A stretch of 64,000 nucleotides of DNA from Calditrichaceae bacterium (lineage in GTDB: Bacteria > Calditrichota > Calditrichia > Calditrichales > JBFXGD01). This document shows, piece by piece, positions 17,473-26,234 of this stretch (position 1 is its first letter; the number at the start of each line of letters is the position of its first letter). The stretch covers positions 1 through 64,000 of the forward strand of contig JBFXLE010000025.1 of NCBI GenBank assembly GCA_050173015.1. Direction: 5' to 3'. The notes under the pieces were generated by a model that saw only the letters and a list, made by a program, of their open reading frames with translations, searched no databases and was not told the DNA's origin. The translations under genes were made by a program, and so were the position numbers.

Positions 17473-20400
17473 TCACCGGATAAACTTCCGGATAGCCTTA
17501 CTCATGTCCTGAACATTATACGGCTTTTTAACGACCCCGGAAAACCCGTATTTTTTATAATCAGCCATAACCGGATCATTCGAATAACCGCTTGATACAA
17601 TCACGCGAATTTCCGGGTCGATTTTTAACAACTCGGCCACAGCGTCTTTTCCACCCATACCGCCGGGTACCGTCAGATCCATTATCACCAGATCAAAGGG
17701 TTTCCCTTCCTTTCTGGCTTGTATGAATAATTTAACGGCCTCCTTACCGTCAAAAGCCGGAACCATCTCGCATCCAAGATGCGAAAATATTTCTTTTCCG
17801 AGATCGATGATTATCTGATCGTCATCCATAAATAGAATTTTTCCACTCAACTTCCCGGAATGTTCACTTTCCTTTATTATTGTATTCTGTGTTTTTTCAG
17901 ATGCCGGCAAATATATCCGGAACCGGGTTCCCTTACCTAATTTAGAATCCACTGTTATATAACCGCTATGATTTTTTATAATGGAAAACGTTGTCGCCAG
18001 ACCAAGTCCGCTTCCATTTTTTTTGGTAGTAAAATAAGGATCAAAAACTCTGGTAAGTAATTTCTTAGGTATTCCCACCCCCTCATCCAGGATATCAATT
18101 TTTATGTAATTGCCGGCTGAAACCGGTACACTGTCCTGAGATGTGATAGTCCTGTTTTCCAGATTAATATAAATAGTGCCGCCATTCGGCATTGAGTGAA
18201 TCGCGTTAATGATGATATTATTGATGACCTGATTTATCTGACCGGTATCCACCTCCGCCATCCATAAGTTTTCCTGAAAATGAATATCGTATTTAATTTT
18301 TGTGCCACGTAGAACAAATTCGACCGAATCTTTTATTAATTCAACGATAGATGCTGTTTTTTTAACGGGGACACCGCCTTTTGAAAATGTCAGCAATTGC
18401 TGTGTAAGATCCTGAGCCCGCATGAGCGCTCTTTCTGCTGTGTTTAGACGTTCAAAAATTTTACCATCAGTATCGCAATACATTTTTGCGAGTGATACAT
18501 TCCCTAATATGGCGGTGAGGATATTGTTAAAGTCATGAGCGATTCCTCCCGCAAGGATTCCAAGTGATTCCAGTTTCTGGCTTTTTAGAAGTTCCTCCTG
18601 CAATTTTTTCCGGTCGGTAACATCCCTGAAAGCAATGACCGCCCCGATAACCTGTCCTTCATTTTTTCTTATCGGAGCCGCGGAAATTTCAATACTTTTT
18701 GAACGATTTTGCCTATCGATCATAAAAATATTTTTTGGAGAATGGTAAATTTCTTTTTTATCCAGCACAAATTCAACCGGATTTTGAGCGATATCACCGG
18801 TTTCGTCAACGAATATTTTCAACACTTCAGCCACCAAACGATTCTTCGCGGAAGATTCCCTCCAGCCTGTGAGAGTTTCGGCCACGGTGTTCATAAGCAT
18901 TATTTTGCCTTTATGATCCGTTGTTATGACGCCGTCTCCGATCGAACCGAGGGTCACGGAAAGTTTCTCCCTTTCGGAGTTTAACCACTCCTGATACTGT
19001 ATTCTCCTGATGGCGGCTGAGAGATTTTCCGCCAGTACATTCCCGATATTCACTTGTTCCTTGTTGATCGCGTAAGGCTCGGGAAAATATACCGCAAATT
19101 TACCTAATATCTTATGATCCCCGATTAAGGGGAAAAGCGCGCAGGATACAATGCCCTGCTTCTTTAGACGCGACTGAATCTGCTTGCTTAATTCGGATTG
19201 GGAGATATCCGGAATGATCAATGGCTTTAGTCCGGCATCCGTTGATTTCCATGGAAAATTTTCTTTTCCTTCGAATATACTCGTCTTATACATCTTTTCA
19301 TGCCGGTCAAATCTTCGGTATTCCCCCCTTCCGAATACCATCACGGAGGACTGATGCGCATTAAGAATTTTAATGATGCCCCGGATCACCGTTTCAAAAG
19401 TTTCCTGAAGAGTCACTGAGCGATTCAGTTTTTCAGCAATATCACGGATTTGCTGCGTTCTGTTCACCAGTTGAACCAATGAATCTTCGGACAGTTTTCT
19501 TTCTGTGATATCCACGTTAATCGCCAGAACACTCACAATATTACCCTTAACATCATATAGCGGGCGCGCCGCCCGGGAAACATATATTTTCTTTCCATCC
19601 CTTTTTAACATTTGGATTTCCGCTTGAATAATATTCCCCTCACGGATCTGCGAGAATTTTTCCTTATAGATGTTGAGCGCCCCCGGATCGATCAGCTCTG
19701 TGATATGTTTTCCAATAAGTTCGACCCTTTTGTACCCCAAATACTGTACTTCACTTTCGCTGCAATCAATGATGTATCCGTTTAAATCAATTACCTCGCC
19801 ACCAAACGGCAAAAGATTAAACAATTGCCGATAACGAAGTTCGCTCTCCTTGATGGCGGTTTCATTTTCTTTTCTCCTGGTGACATCGCGCGCGATCCCG
19901 ATACCCAAAATCACTTTTCCATTTTCAATTTTAAAACTTACGGTAAATTCTGCAAGAATATACCCGCCATCTTTTCTGCGGATACGCAGTTCATAGTATG
20001 GTGTTCTCTCACCCTTCATCTGTTTATCAAATACCTGTTGAGCCAATTCAAGATCTTCAGGGTGACATAATTCTGAAAAATGTTTTCCAACCCACTCTTC
20101 TCTCGGAAATCCGGTTGCTCTTTCAAATGCCGGATTTAGCGACGCGATAGTCCCGTCCGGGCGCATTGAATAGATAGCGTCCCTGGCGGTTTCAATCAGC
20201 ATCCGATAACGGTATTCCGATTCGCTCAGCGCGTTTTCTGCTTTTTTACGTTCCGTAATATCAACGGCCGTTCCTATACCACCCGGTTTACCCATGTAAT
20301 CTATATACGCTGCCGTAAAATCAATCCATCTATCCTCGCCGTTCTTTGATAATATTTTTAGTTCATATTGCGACGATACCTGCTCACCCCGCTGTCTTGC

Positions 20401-21429
20401 CAGTCCCCTTTCCCTGACCAATTCCCTGTAATCCGGGTGCACAATATCCCAGAAATTCATTTTTAATAATTCCTGCTTATCATATCCGGAAATACTTTCC
20501 GTCATTCGGTTCACATACTTAAAAGTGTCGCCCTGATAAATAAATATGGCGGTTGCGGCTGTGTCCGCCAGTGTACGGAAAAGAGCCTCGCTCTGCTTAA
20601 GAGCCTCTTCCGTTTTTTTTCTCTCTGTAACGTCTTTAAAAATTACCTGAATGGCCTCTTCTCCACGGAATATCACCGGTGTTGCTATAACTTCAGCGTC
20701 AACGACCGTTCCGTCCTTGCGGAGAAATTTTTCTTCAGATACGGGAACAGACTGCCGGGTATTTTTCATTTCGGCTACCCGCTTTTTTACAAATTTTTTG
20801 TAATCCGGATGGACATATTCAAATATGGATTTACCGGTTAGGTTTTCAGAACTTGTTCCCTTGAAAAATGACATCGCGGCGGGATTCGTGAACAGAATTT
20901 CACCGAATCGGTGAATGACAATGCTGTCGGATGAATGTTTAATCAGCTTCGCGTACCGTTCTTCACTTTCTTTAAGCGCTTTTTCCGTCGTCTCCAGTTC
21001 CGAGCGGTTGGTCAATATGGTTAACAGGGTCTCCCTGCCTTTGGTCTCCAACCTGACATGGGAAATACTGACATCAACAAGCTGTCCTTTGAAATCGGTA
21101 ATTGTTGATTTATTAGAAGAGTTTGAGGATGAATATTTTTCGCTTTTCCCGGATTCCCCGTGCTTCAGAATATCATGAATATCTCTGCCTATGAAATCAT
21201 CTTGATTAGAGGCTTTAAATAACTGAACCGCCAACTTATTTACGAAAGATATTCTTGAATTTTCTGATAAAATTATGGCATGAGAGGTATTACCGAGGTA
21301 ATCATTGGCGTTTTCATTTAATTCAAAACAATACATTTCCCGCATCCTGTCCAATTCGGACTGCCGGGAAATAATTTCCTCAACAAGTTCCGCCTTCGAT
21401 AATTTTAAAAGAGAATGTTTACTAAGCAT
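17473..21429 (-). CDS. Cytoplasmic multi-PAS/GAF hybrid histidine kinase with receiver domain
   Basis: Repeated PAS/PAC ends (DVTERK, DITERK, DVTRRK), a GAF-like segment, LAGGIAHDFNNIL, FDPYFTTK, GSGLGL, receiver MDDD...MDLTVPGG...KPY. Confidence 0.93.
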   Translation of the reverse strand: MLSKHSLLKLSKAELVEEIISRQSELDRMREMYCFELNENANDYLGNTSHAIILSENSRISFVNKLAVQLFKASNQDDFIGRDIHDILKHGESGKSEKYSSSNSSNKSTITDFKGQLVDVSISHVRLETKGRETLLTILTNRSELETTEKALKESEERYAKLIKHSSDSIVIHRFGEILFTNPAAMSFFKGTSSENLTGKSIFEYVHPDYKKFVKKRVAEMKNTRQSVPVSEEKFLRKDGTVVDAEVIATPVIFRGEEAIQVIFKDVTERKKTEEALKQSEALFRTLADTAATAIFIYQGDTFKYVNRMTESISGYDKQELLKMNFWDIVHPDYRELVRERGLARQRGEQVSSQYELKILSKNGEDRWIDFTAAYIDYMGKPGGIGTAVDITERKKAENALSESEYRYRMLIETARDAIYSMRPDGTIASLNPAFERATGFPREEWVGKHFSELCHPEDLELAQQVFDKQMKGERTPYYELRIRRKDGGYILAEFTVSFKIENGKVILGIGIARDVTRRKENETAIKESELRYRQLFNLLPFGGEVIDLNGYIIDCSESEVQYLGYKRVELIGKHITELIDPGALNIYKEKFSQIREGNIIQAEIQMLKRDGKKIYVSRAARPLYDVKGNIVSVLAINVDITERKLSEDSLVQLVNRTQQIRDIAEKLNRSVTLQETFETVIRGIIKILNAHQSSVMVFGRGEYRRFDRHEKMYKTSIFEGKENFPWKSTDAGLKPLIIPDISQSELSKQIQSRLKKQGIVSCALFPLIGDHKILGKFAVYFPEPYAINKEQVNIGNVLAENLSAAIRRIQYQEWLNSEREKLSVTLGSIGDGVITTDHKGKIMLMNTVAETLTGWRESSAKNRLVAEVLKIFVDETGDIAQNPVEFVLDKKEIYHSPKNIFMIDRQNRSKSIEISAAPIRKNEGQVIGAVIAFRDVTDRKKLQEELLKSQKLESLGILAGGIAHDFNNILTAILGNVSLAKMYCDTDGKIFERLNTAERALMRAQDLTQQLLTFSKGGVPVKKTASIVELIKDSVEFVLRGTKIKYDIHFQENLWMAEVDTGQINQVINNIIINAIHSMPNGGTIYINLENRTITSQDSVPVSAGNYIKIDILDEGVGIPKKLLTRVFDPYFTTKKNGSGLGLATTFSIIKNHSGYITVDSKLGKGTRFRIYLPASEKTQNTIIKESEHSGKLSGKILFMDDDQIIIDLGKEIFSHLGCEMVPAFDGKEAVKLFIQARKEGKPFDLVIMDLTVPGGMGGKDAVAELLKIDPEIRVIVSSGYSNDPVMADYKKYGFSGVVKKPYNVQDMSKAIRKFIR

Positions 21430-21575
21430 ATCATCCCCGATTTTGTGGAAGAAAATTCTCTGGCGATTAACTTGGTAATGTAAAAGAGTATTATAATATG
21501 TCTTCGAAAGAAATCACCAATAACATTAGTATTTTCTTTACTTTTATAAACCCGAATGTTACCAGTGAAAATACG

Positions 21576-22928
21576 TTATGGATGTTTGAATAGATTTTTA
21601 TTGATGTTATGCTTTTTAATTCTATACTGCAGGGTTTTATAGGTGATACCGAGCAAACTCGCGGCTTCTTTCAGAGAGCCTTCTGATTTTTGCAGCGCGT
21701 CGATGAGTAAAGTTTTTTCCAGTTCGGGAAGCTTTTTTGGAAAAGAGCCCGCGCCGATTGTTTTGATTGTATCAGGCATCATAAGTTTATCGGCATCAAT
21801 GGATTCACCGTCATTTAAGATGACTGTTTTTTCGATAATATTTTCCAGCTCCCTAACGTTACCGGGAAATGAGTAGGCTTCAAGCGCTCCCAGGGCCTCT
21901 GATGTAAGCATCGGTTCCTTTTTTACATACAGCGTCGCGTATTTTTTAAGGAAATGTCCCGCAAGCAACGGGATGTCCGATCGACGCTCCCTTAAGGCCG
22001 GAAGCTCAATTTTAAATACATTTAATCTGTGATAAAGATCCACCCTAAATCCGCCGTTACTTGTTTTATCATCAAGATCATCATTCGTGGCGGCAATGAC
22101 TCTTACATCCAGATCGATTGTCGCGTTTGATCCGATTCGCGCTATTTTCTTCTCCTGAAGGACACGCAGCAATCGGGTTTGCAGATCGATGCGCATCGTA
22201 CCGATTTCATCAAGAAAAATCGTTCCGCCCTGCGCCTGTTCAAATTTTCCGATATAAGTCTTCTGAGCCCCGGTAAAAGCGCCTTTTTCGTGTCCGAACA
22301 ATTCGCTCTCAATCAGAGTTTCCGGGATGGCGCCGCAGTTAAAAGCAATAAAGGGACCCTTTTTGCGCGCACCGCTGTAATGAATGGCTTTCGCCGCGAG
22401 TTCTTTGCCGGTTCCGCTTTCACCCGTGATTAAGACGGTGGCGTCAATATCTTTAATCCGCTCGATTAATTGATATACTTTACGAATAGATGCGCTGTTA
22501 CCAATCAGATTATGATATTGATATCGGTGGGTGATTTCATCTTTTAATTTTCTGTTTTCCTGAATAAGTCTCACTTTTTCCGACACTCGTTGTATAACCC
22601 TGAGCAGTTCGTCTTTTTGAAAGGGTTTTGCAAGATAGTCGTACGCGCCCTTTTTTATGGCGGAAACCGCGCCGGGAATGGTACCGAACGCGGTCATTAT
22701 GATCACCTGTATATCGGGTTTCACCTCCAAAACGCTGCTCAACAACTGCACACCGTCCATTCCGGGCATCTTCAAATCGGTGAGCACAATCTGATACTCC
22801 TCAGCGATGAGCATATCAAGCGCTGTCTCTCCGTCCGCGGCGGTGCCAACCATGTAACCCGCATCTTCGAGAATGTCTGTCAGTATGCCGCGCTGCGCTT
22901 TTTCATCATCCACAACTAAAATGTTCAT
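21576..22928 (-). CDS. Sigma54-dependent response regulator (NtrC/ZraR-like enhancer-binding protein)
   Basis: Receiver, Walker A GESGTGKE, GAFTGA loop, FLDEIG, FPGNVRELEN, C-terminal Fis-type HTH. Confidence 0.96.
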   Translation of the reverse strand: MNILVVDDEKAQRGILTDILEDAGYMVGTAADGETALDMLIAEEYQIVLTDLKMPGMDGVQLLSSVLEVKPDIQVIIMTAFGTIPGAVSAIKKGAYDYLAKPFQKDELLRVIQRVSEKVRLIQENRKLKDEITHRYQYHNLIGNSASIRKVYQLIERIKDIDATVLITGESGTGKELAAKAIHYSGARKKGPFIAFNCGAIPETLIESELFGHEKGAFTGAQKTYIGKFEQAQGGTIFLDEIGTMRIDLQTRLLRVLQEKKIARIGSNATIDLDVRVIAATNDDLDDKTSNGGFRVDLYHRLNVFKIELPALRERRSDIPLLAGHFLKKYATLYVKKEPMLTSEALGALEAYSFPGNVRELENIIEKTVILNDGESIDADKLMMPDTIKTIGAGSFPKKLPELEKTLLIDALQKSEGSLKEAASLLGITYKTLQYRIKKHNINKNLFKHP

Positions 22929-22940
22929 GCTGATTACCTG

Positions 22941-24515
22941 TTATGCGAGAGTTATGACAACCTCTGTTCCTTCACCCAAACGACTGTTGATTTCGATATC
23001 ACCCTGATGTTCTTTCACAATTTTATAGGCGGTAGGAAGCCCCAAACCGGTTCCTGAAGATCTTGTCGTAAAGAACAGGTCAAATATATGCTCTCTGTCC
23101 TTTTCGGCAATTCCGTTTCCGGTATCGGAGATGATCAGTGATTTTGATTTCAGGTCGGTCCTGATCGTAAGTTCACCGCCTCGCGGCATCGCCTGAATTG
23201 AATTGATTATGATATTTACCACTGCTGTCTTCAGACGTTCCTTATCGACTTCAAGTATGAAAGGCTCATCAAAGTCAACATTTGTTGATATGGATTTGCT
23301 TACGAATTCACGTTCGTAAAGATTCAATACTTCTGTAATAAGTCCATTGATATCTTCCCGTTTTTTTTCCAGGTGCTCGCTGCGCACATAATTCAGAAAA
23401 TTATTCACCGTCTTGTCCAGTCGCCGGATTTCGGACTGAACGCTACCGATATATTCATCGGTCTGGCGGTGATCACCTGAGGATAACTTATCTTTCAAAT
23501 GTTCAATAGTTAGATTTATGGCATTCAACGGATTTTTAATTTCGTGCGCGACCCCTGCCGCCAATTGCCCCAGCGACGCTAAACGTTCTTTACGGCGCAG
23601 CAACATTTCTTTATCTTTGTTTTTTCGTAATTCTGAAACCATCTGATTAAATGAGTGGGCAAGCTCGCCCATCTCATCATTGGATTTTGATTCAACATTC
23701 GCGTTAAAATCGCCTTCGACAAGCCGGTCAAAACCATCTTTCAAAGAATGGATCGGCCGGAGAAATGACCGGGCAATAAACACAATTGCAAAAATAGAGA
23801 GACCAAACAAAAGAAACGTAACGATCATATTGCGGCGGCTGAGATTTGCGATGGTTGAGTTGATTTCTGACGTATTATAACTGTATCGGAACAATTTGGG
23901 AGATTCAGGCTCTGTAAAATCAGGAAAAACAAATGACACTGAATAACTGTCATTTTTAGTATTGACATTTTTTAAGATTTTCAGATGGCGGGTTAATGAA
24001 TCTATTTTCACACTGTGTGTTTTCTTAATATTAACTTCAATGTTTTTGAACCGCTCCTTCAGACTGTCTAATCGGATAGCGTGTTTCCCTGATACATCCT
24101 GCATCTCCTTAATTTTTTTATTAAAACCGGTTGTTTTTTCTCCGGGAGCGAGTATTTCAATTTTTATCTTTTCCTTCAACATATCACCTTTACGGCGCAT
24201 TTCAGTCCAGACAAGGGAGTCACTGAATTGAACCATGCTGTCAGAAAACACTTCCAGTTCTTCAAGTTCACTGTCCAGTTGTCTAAACAGTGAATCACCC
24301 GGAACAGAAAATTTTTCCGGCCCATAGGTATCACCGGATAGATATTCATCTGTCGCTCTGTTTATGGATGATGAAAGACGGGACAACTCCAGGATGATAT
24401 CTTGCTGAGTTCGGTTTGTAAAATACAATTGAAGAACTAAAACAAAAGCCATCAAAACTGAAACGATGATAATAAATTTTGTTCTGATACCGATGTACTT
24501 TTTTTGTTTCACCAT
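22941..24515 (-). CDS. HAMP sensor histidine kinase (NtrB/ZraS-like)
   Basis: Two TM segments around a low-complexity periplasmic region; HAMP DEMGELA; LAAGVAHEIKNPL; DTGNGI; GTGLGL. Confidence 0.93.
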   Translation of the reverse strand: MVKQKKYIGIRTKFIIIVSVLMAFVLVLQLYFTNRTQQDIILELSRLSSSINRATDEYLSGDTYGPEKFSVPGDSLFRQLDSELEELEVFSDSMVQFSDSLVWTEMRRKGDMLKEKIKIEILAPGEKTTGFNKKIKEMQDVSGKHAIRLDSLKERFKNIEVNIKKTHSVKIDSLTRHLKILKNVNTKNDSYSVSFVFPDFTEPESPKLFRYSYNTSEINSTIANLSRRNMIVTFLLFGLSIFAIVFIARSFLRPIHSLKDGFDRLVEGDFNANVESKSNDEMGELAHSFNQMVSELRKNKDKEMLLRRKERLASLGQLAAGVAHEIKNPLNAINLTIEHLKDKLSSGDHRQTDEYIGSVQSEIRRLDKTVNNFLNYVRSEHLEKKREDINGLITEVLNLYEREFVSKSISTNVDFDEPFILEVDKERLKTAVVNIIINSIQAMPRGGELTIRTDLKSKSLIISDTGNGIAEKDREHIFDLFFTTRSSGTGLGLPTAYKIVKEHQGDIEINSRLGEGTEVVITLA

Positions 24516-24547
24516 ATTTTAGATGATCCGGAAAAAATTGAGATACA

Positions 24548-24572
24548 TAAAGGGGGGGACGATTCGTCCCCC
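24548..24572 (-). terminator. GC-rich hairpin after the PDZ gene (weak terminator or mRNA-stabilising stem)
   Basis: Minus strand GGGGGACG-AAT-CGTCCCCC-CC-TTT, a few nt after the PDZ stop; short U-tract. Confidence 0.55.
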
Positions 24573-24578
24573 GAGAAA

Positions 24579-25565
24579 CTATATGATATAGATTTTAAAA
24601 TCAATGTCAAGATCTTTTAATTCTGATTTCACATCACCTACATGTTTTTTCAATACTTTAACACGATCTTTTAATACGTTGAGGGAGTCATCCAGTTCTT
24701 CCTTCTCGAGCCAGATCATTCTTTGATCCGGAACTTGAATGTTCATCGCGCCGGTCTTTTTCTCCAGTGTGACAGTCACATCTTTTTTACTACCGTTTCT
24801 TATAAATTTTATATTTACCTTCTCATCGGGGTTATAATAATTCAAGGTACGAACCAGGTCTGAATAATCTTCTATTTTGCGTTTTTCAATCCCGGTAATT
24901 ACATCTCCGGCCTTTAGCCCGGCCTTTTCGGCCGGTGAATCTTTAATCACTTCTTCTACAAGCACGCCATACTCGGCTTTAAAATAATCTAACATTTGCT
25001 TTTTTAGATTCTTCGCCTGCACCCCAAGAAATCCACCTTTGTCAGACGTAATATGTGGAAGCCCCTGAACATGAAATTCTTTCATCATACCGGGGATTTT
25101 TTGTATTTCTTCCATATCCATGTCAAAATCAAAGTCATCGCTGTCAAAATTATATTCATAATCATGTAAATTGAGCTTAGTGAATGTACCCGCGAAGGAC
25201 ATCTCCCTGCCATCCCGAACCGATTTGAAGGTTACCGATTTGTCATCATCATAATCTTTTACAAGATCATGCAATTCATCCGCGCTTTTAATTTCCGCGC
25301 CTTCAAAGGAAACAATTACATCATTCTTTTGCACGCCGATTTTTTGCGCTTCACTTTCATCAATAACATCGACAACCAGCGCACCCGAATCTCTATTCAG
25401 CTTTTCCTGATCATTTTCATCCAGGTTTCTCACAAGCATACCGAGTCCATATTTTCCTTCAACATTCAGACGAATCTTTATTTCTTTTTTCCCGTCTGCC
25501 GCGCTGCTGAATAATACCGTGAGAGTGATTAATAAAAAAACAGTGACCATTTTGAATGAATACAT
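24579..25565 (-). CDS. Exported tandem-PDZ protein with no protease domain
   Basis: Signal peptide; PDZ1 (YGLGMLV...GALVVDVIDESEAQKIGVQKNDVI); PDZ2 (GFLGVQA...GVLVEEVIKDSPAEKAGLKAGDVI); no trypsin GNSGG motif; SD GGGAGG. Confidence 0.88.
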   Translation of the reverse strand: MYSFKMVTVFLLITLTVLFSSAADGKKEIKIRLNVEGKYGLGMLVRNLDENDQEKLNRDSGALVVDVIDESEAQKIGVQKNDVIVSFEGAEIKSADELHDLVKDYDDDKSVTFKSVRDGREMSFAGTFTKLNLHDYEYNFDSDDFDFDMDMEEIQKIPGMMKEFHVQGLPHITSDKGGFLGVQAKNLKKQMLDYFKAEYGVLVEEVIKDSPAEKAGLKAGDVITGIEKRKIEDYSDLVRTLNYYNPDEKVNIKFIRNGSKKDVTVTLEKKTGAMNIQVPDQRMIWLEKEELDDSLNVLKDRVKVLKKHVGDVKSELKDLDIDFKIYII

Positions 25566-25606
25566 AAAACCTCCCTTATTTTTTGATTAATTTCTGTCTT
25601 CAGCTA

Positions 25607-25624
25607 ATTCAATTACTGTGCCAG
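25607..25624 (-). promoter_or_regulatory. Sigma54 -24/-12 promoter of the PDZ-kinase-regulator operon
   Basis: Minus strand CTGGCAC-AGTAA-TTGAAT versus consensus TGGCAC-N5-TTGCW: exact spacing, one mismatch at -12, about 40 nt upstream of the PDZ start. Confidence 0.7.
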
Positions 25625-25673
25625 AACTTAAAACCACATCCGGCGCGGCTTATTCCTGTTTATAAAGGTGAAT

Positions 25674-25712
25674 TACCCCAAATGAGGCATCTGGCATACC
25701 TCATTTGGGGTA
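25674..25712. promoter_or_regulatory. Tandem palindromic upstream activator sites (candidate enhancer)
   Basis: TACCCCAAATGAGGCA (25674-25689) and TACCTCATTTGGGGTA (25697-25712). Each is an imperfect palindrome, centres 23 bp apart; together they form a perfect 14-bp inverted repeat. Confidence 0.65.
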
Positions 25713-25852
25713 TTGTTCCAATTAATACCAATTTTATAAAGATAAAAACATTGAAGAACGGACAATTTTTCAATGTCGTATTTGAATAAATCAGGTCGAT
25801 ATCATAAATTCATGGTGAAAAGCAATCATCAGGATAATATTATGGAGGCAAA

Positions 25853-26131
25853 ATGGAGTGGAGAGCAAGTCATATTCTCATTAAGGACAGAAAACTGGCG
25901 GATATAGTATTAAAAAAATTAAAGTCCGGCGGTAATTTTGCCGCGTTGGCCAGAGAGTTTTCGACCTGTCCCAGTAAAGGAAAAGGTGGTGATCTGGGAT
26001 GGTTTGGCCCCGGGAAAATGGTTAAAGAATTTGAAGAAGCGACAAAAAGATTGTCTCCAGGCAGAGTCAGCGGGATTGTACGTACCCAATTCGGATTTCA
26101 CATCATCAAAAAAACCGGACAGCGGGAATAG
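25853..26131 (+). CDS. ppiC: Parvulin-type peptidyl-prolyl isomerase (PpiC-like)
   Basis: ASHILIK, FAALAREFSTCPS..KGGDLGWF, RTQFGFHII; 92 aa; SD GGAGG. Confidence 0.93.
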   Translation: MEWRASHILIKDRKLADIVLKKLKSGGNFAALAREFSTCPSKGKGGDLGWFGPGKMVKEFEEATKRLSPGRVSGIVRTQFGFHIIKKTGQRE

Positions 26132-26234
26132 TTACCCTGCCGTCATGTTCGGAATTTTGATTATTAATGCTATCAGGCTATATTTTGCGCGCCTCAATGC
26201 ATATGTTCGCGCCACCGGAAGTGATTAAAAAATT

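Noticed and set aside
24579-25565. Calling the PDZ protein DegP/HtrA
   Set aside because: There is no trypsin domain or catalytic GNSGG motif, and no room for one.
25583-25789. 68-aa ORF across the PDZ/ppiC intergenic region
   Set aside because: No motif or SD; it overlies the sigma54 promoter and enhancer palindromes, which explain the sequence better.
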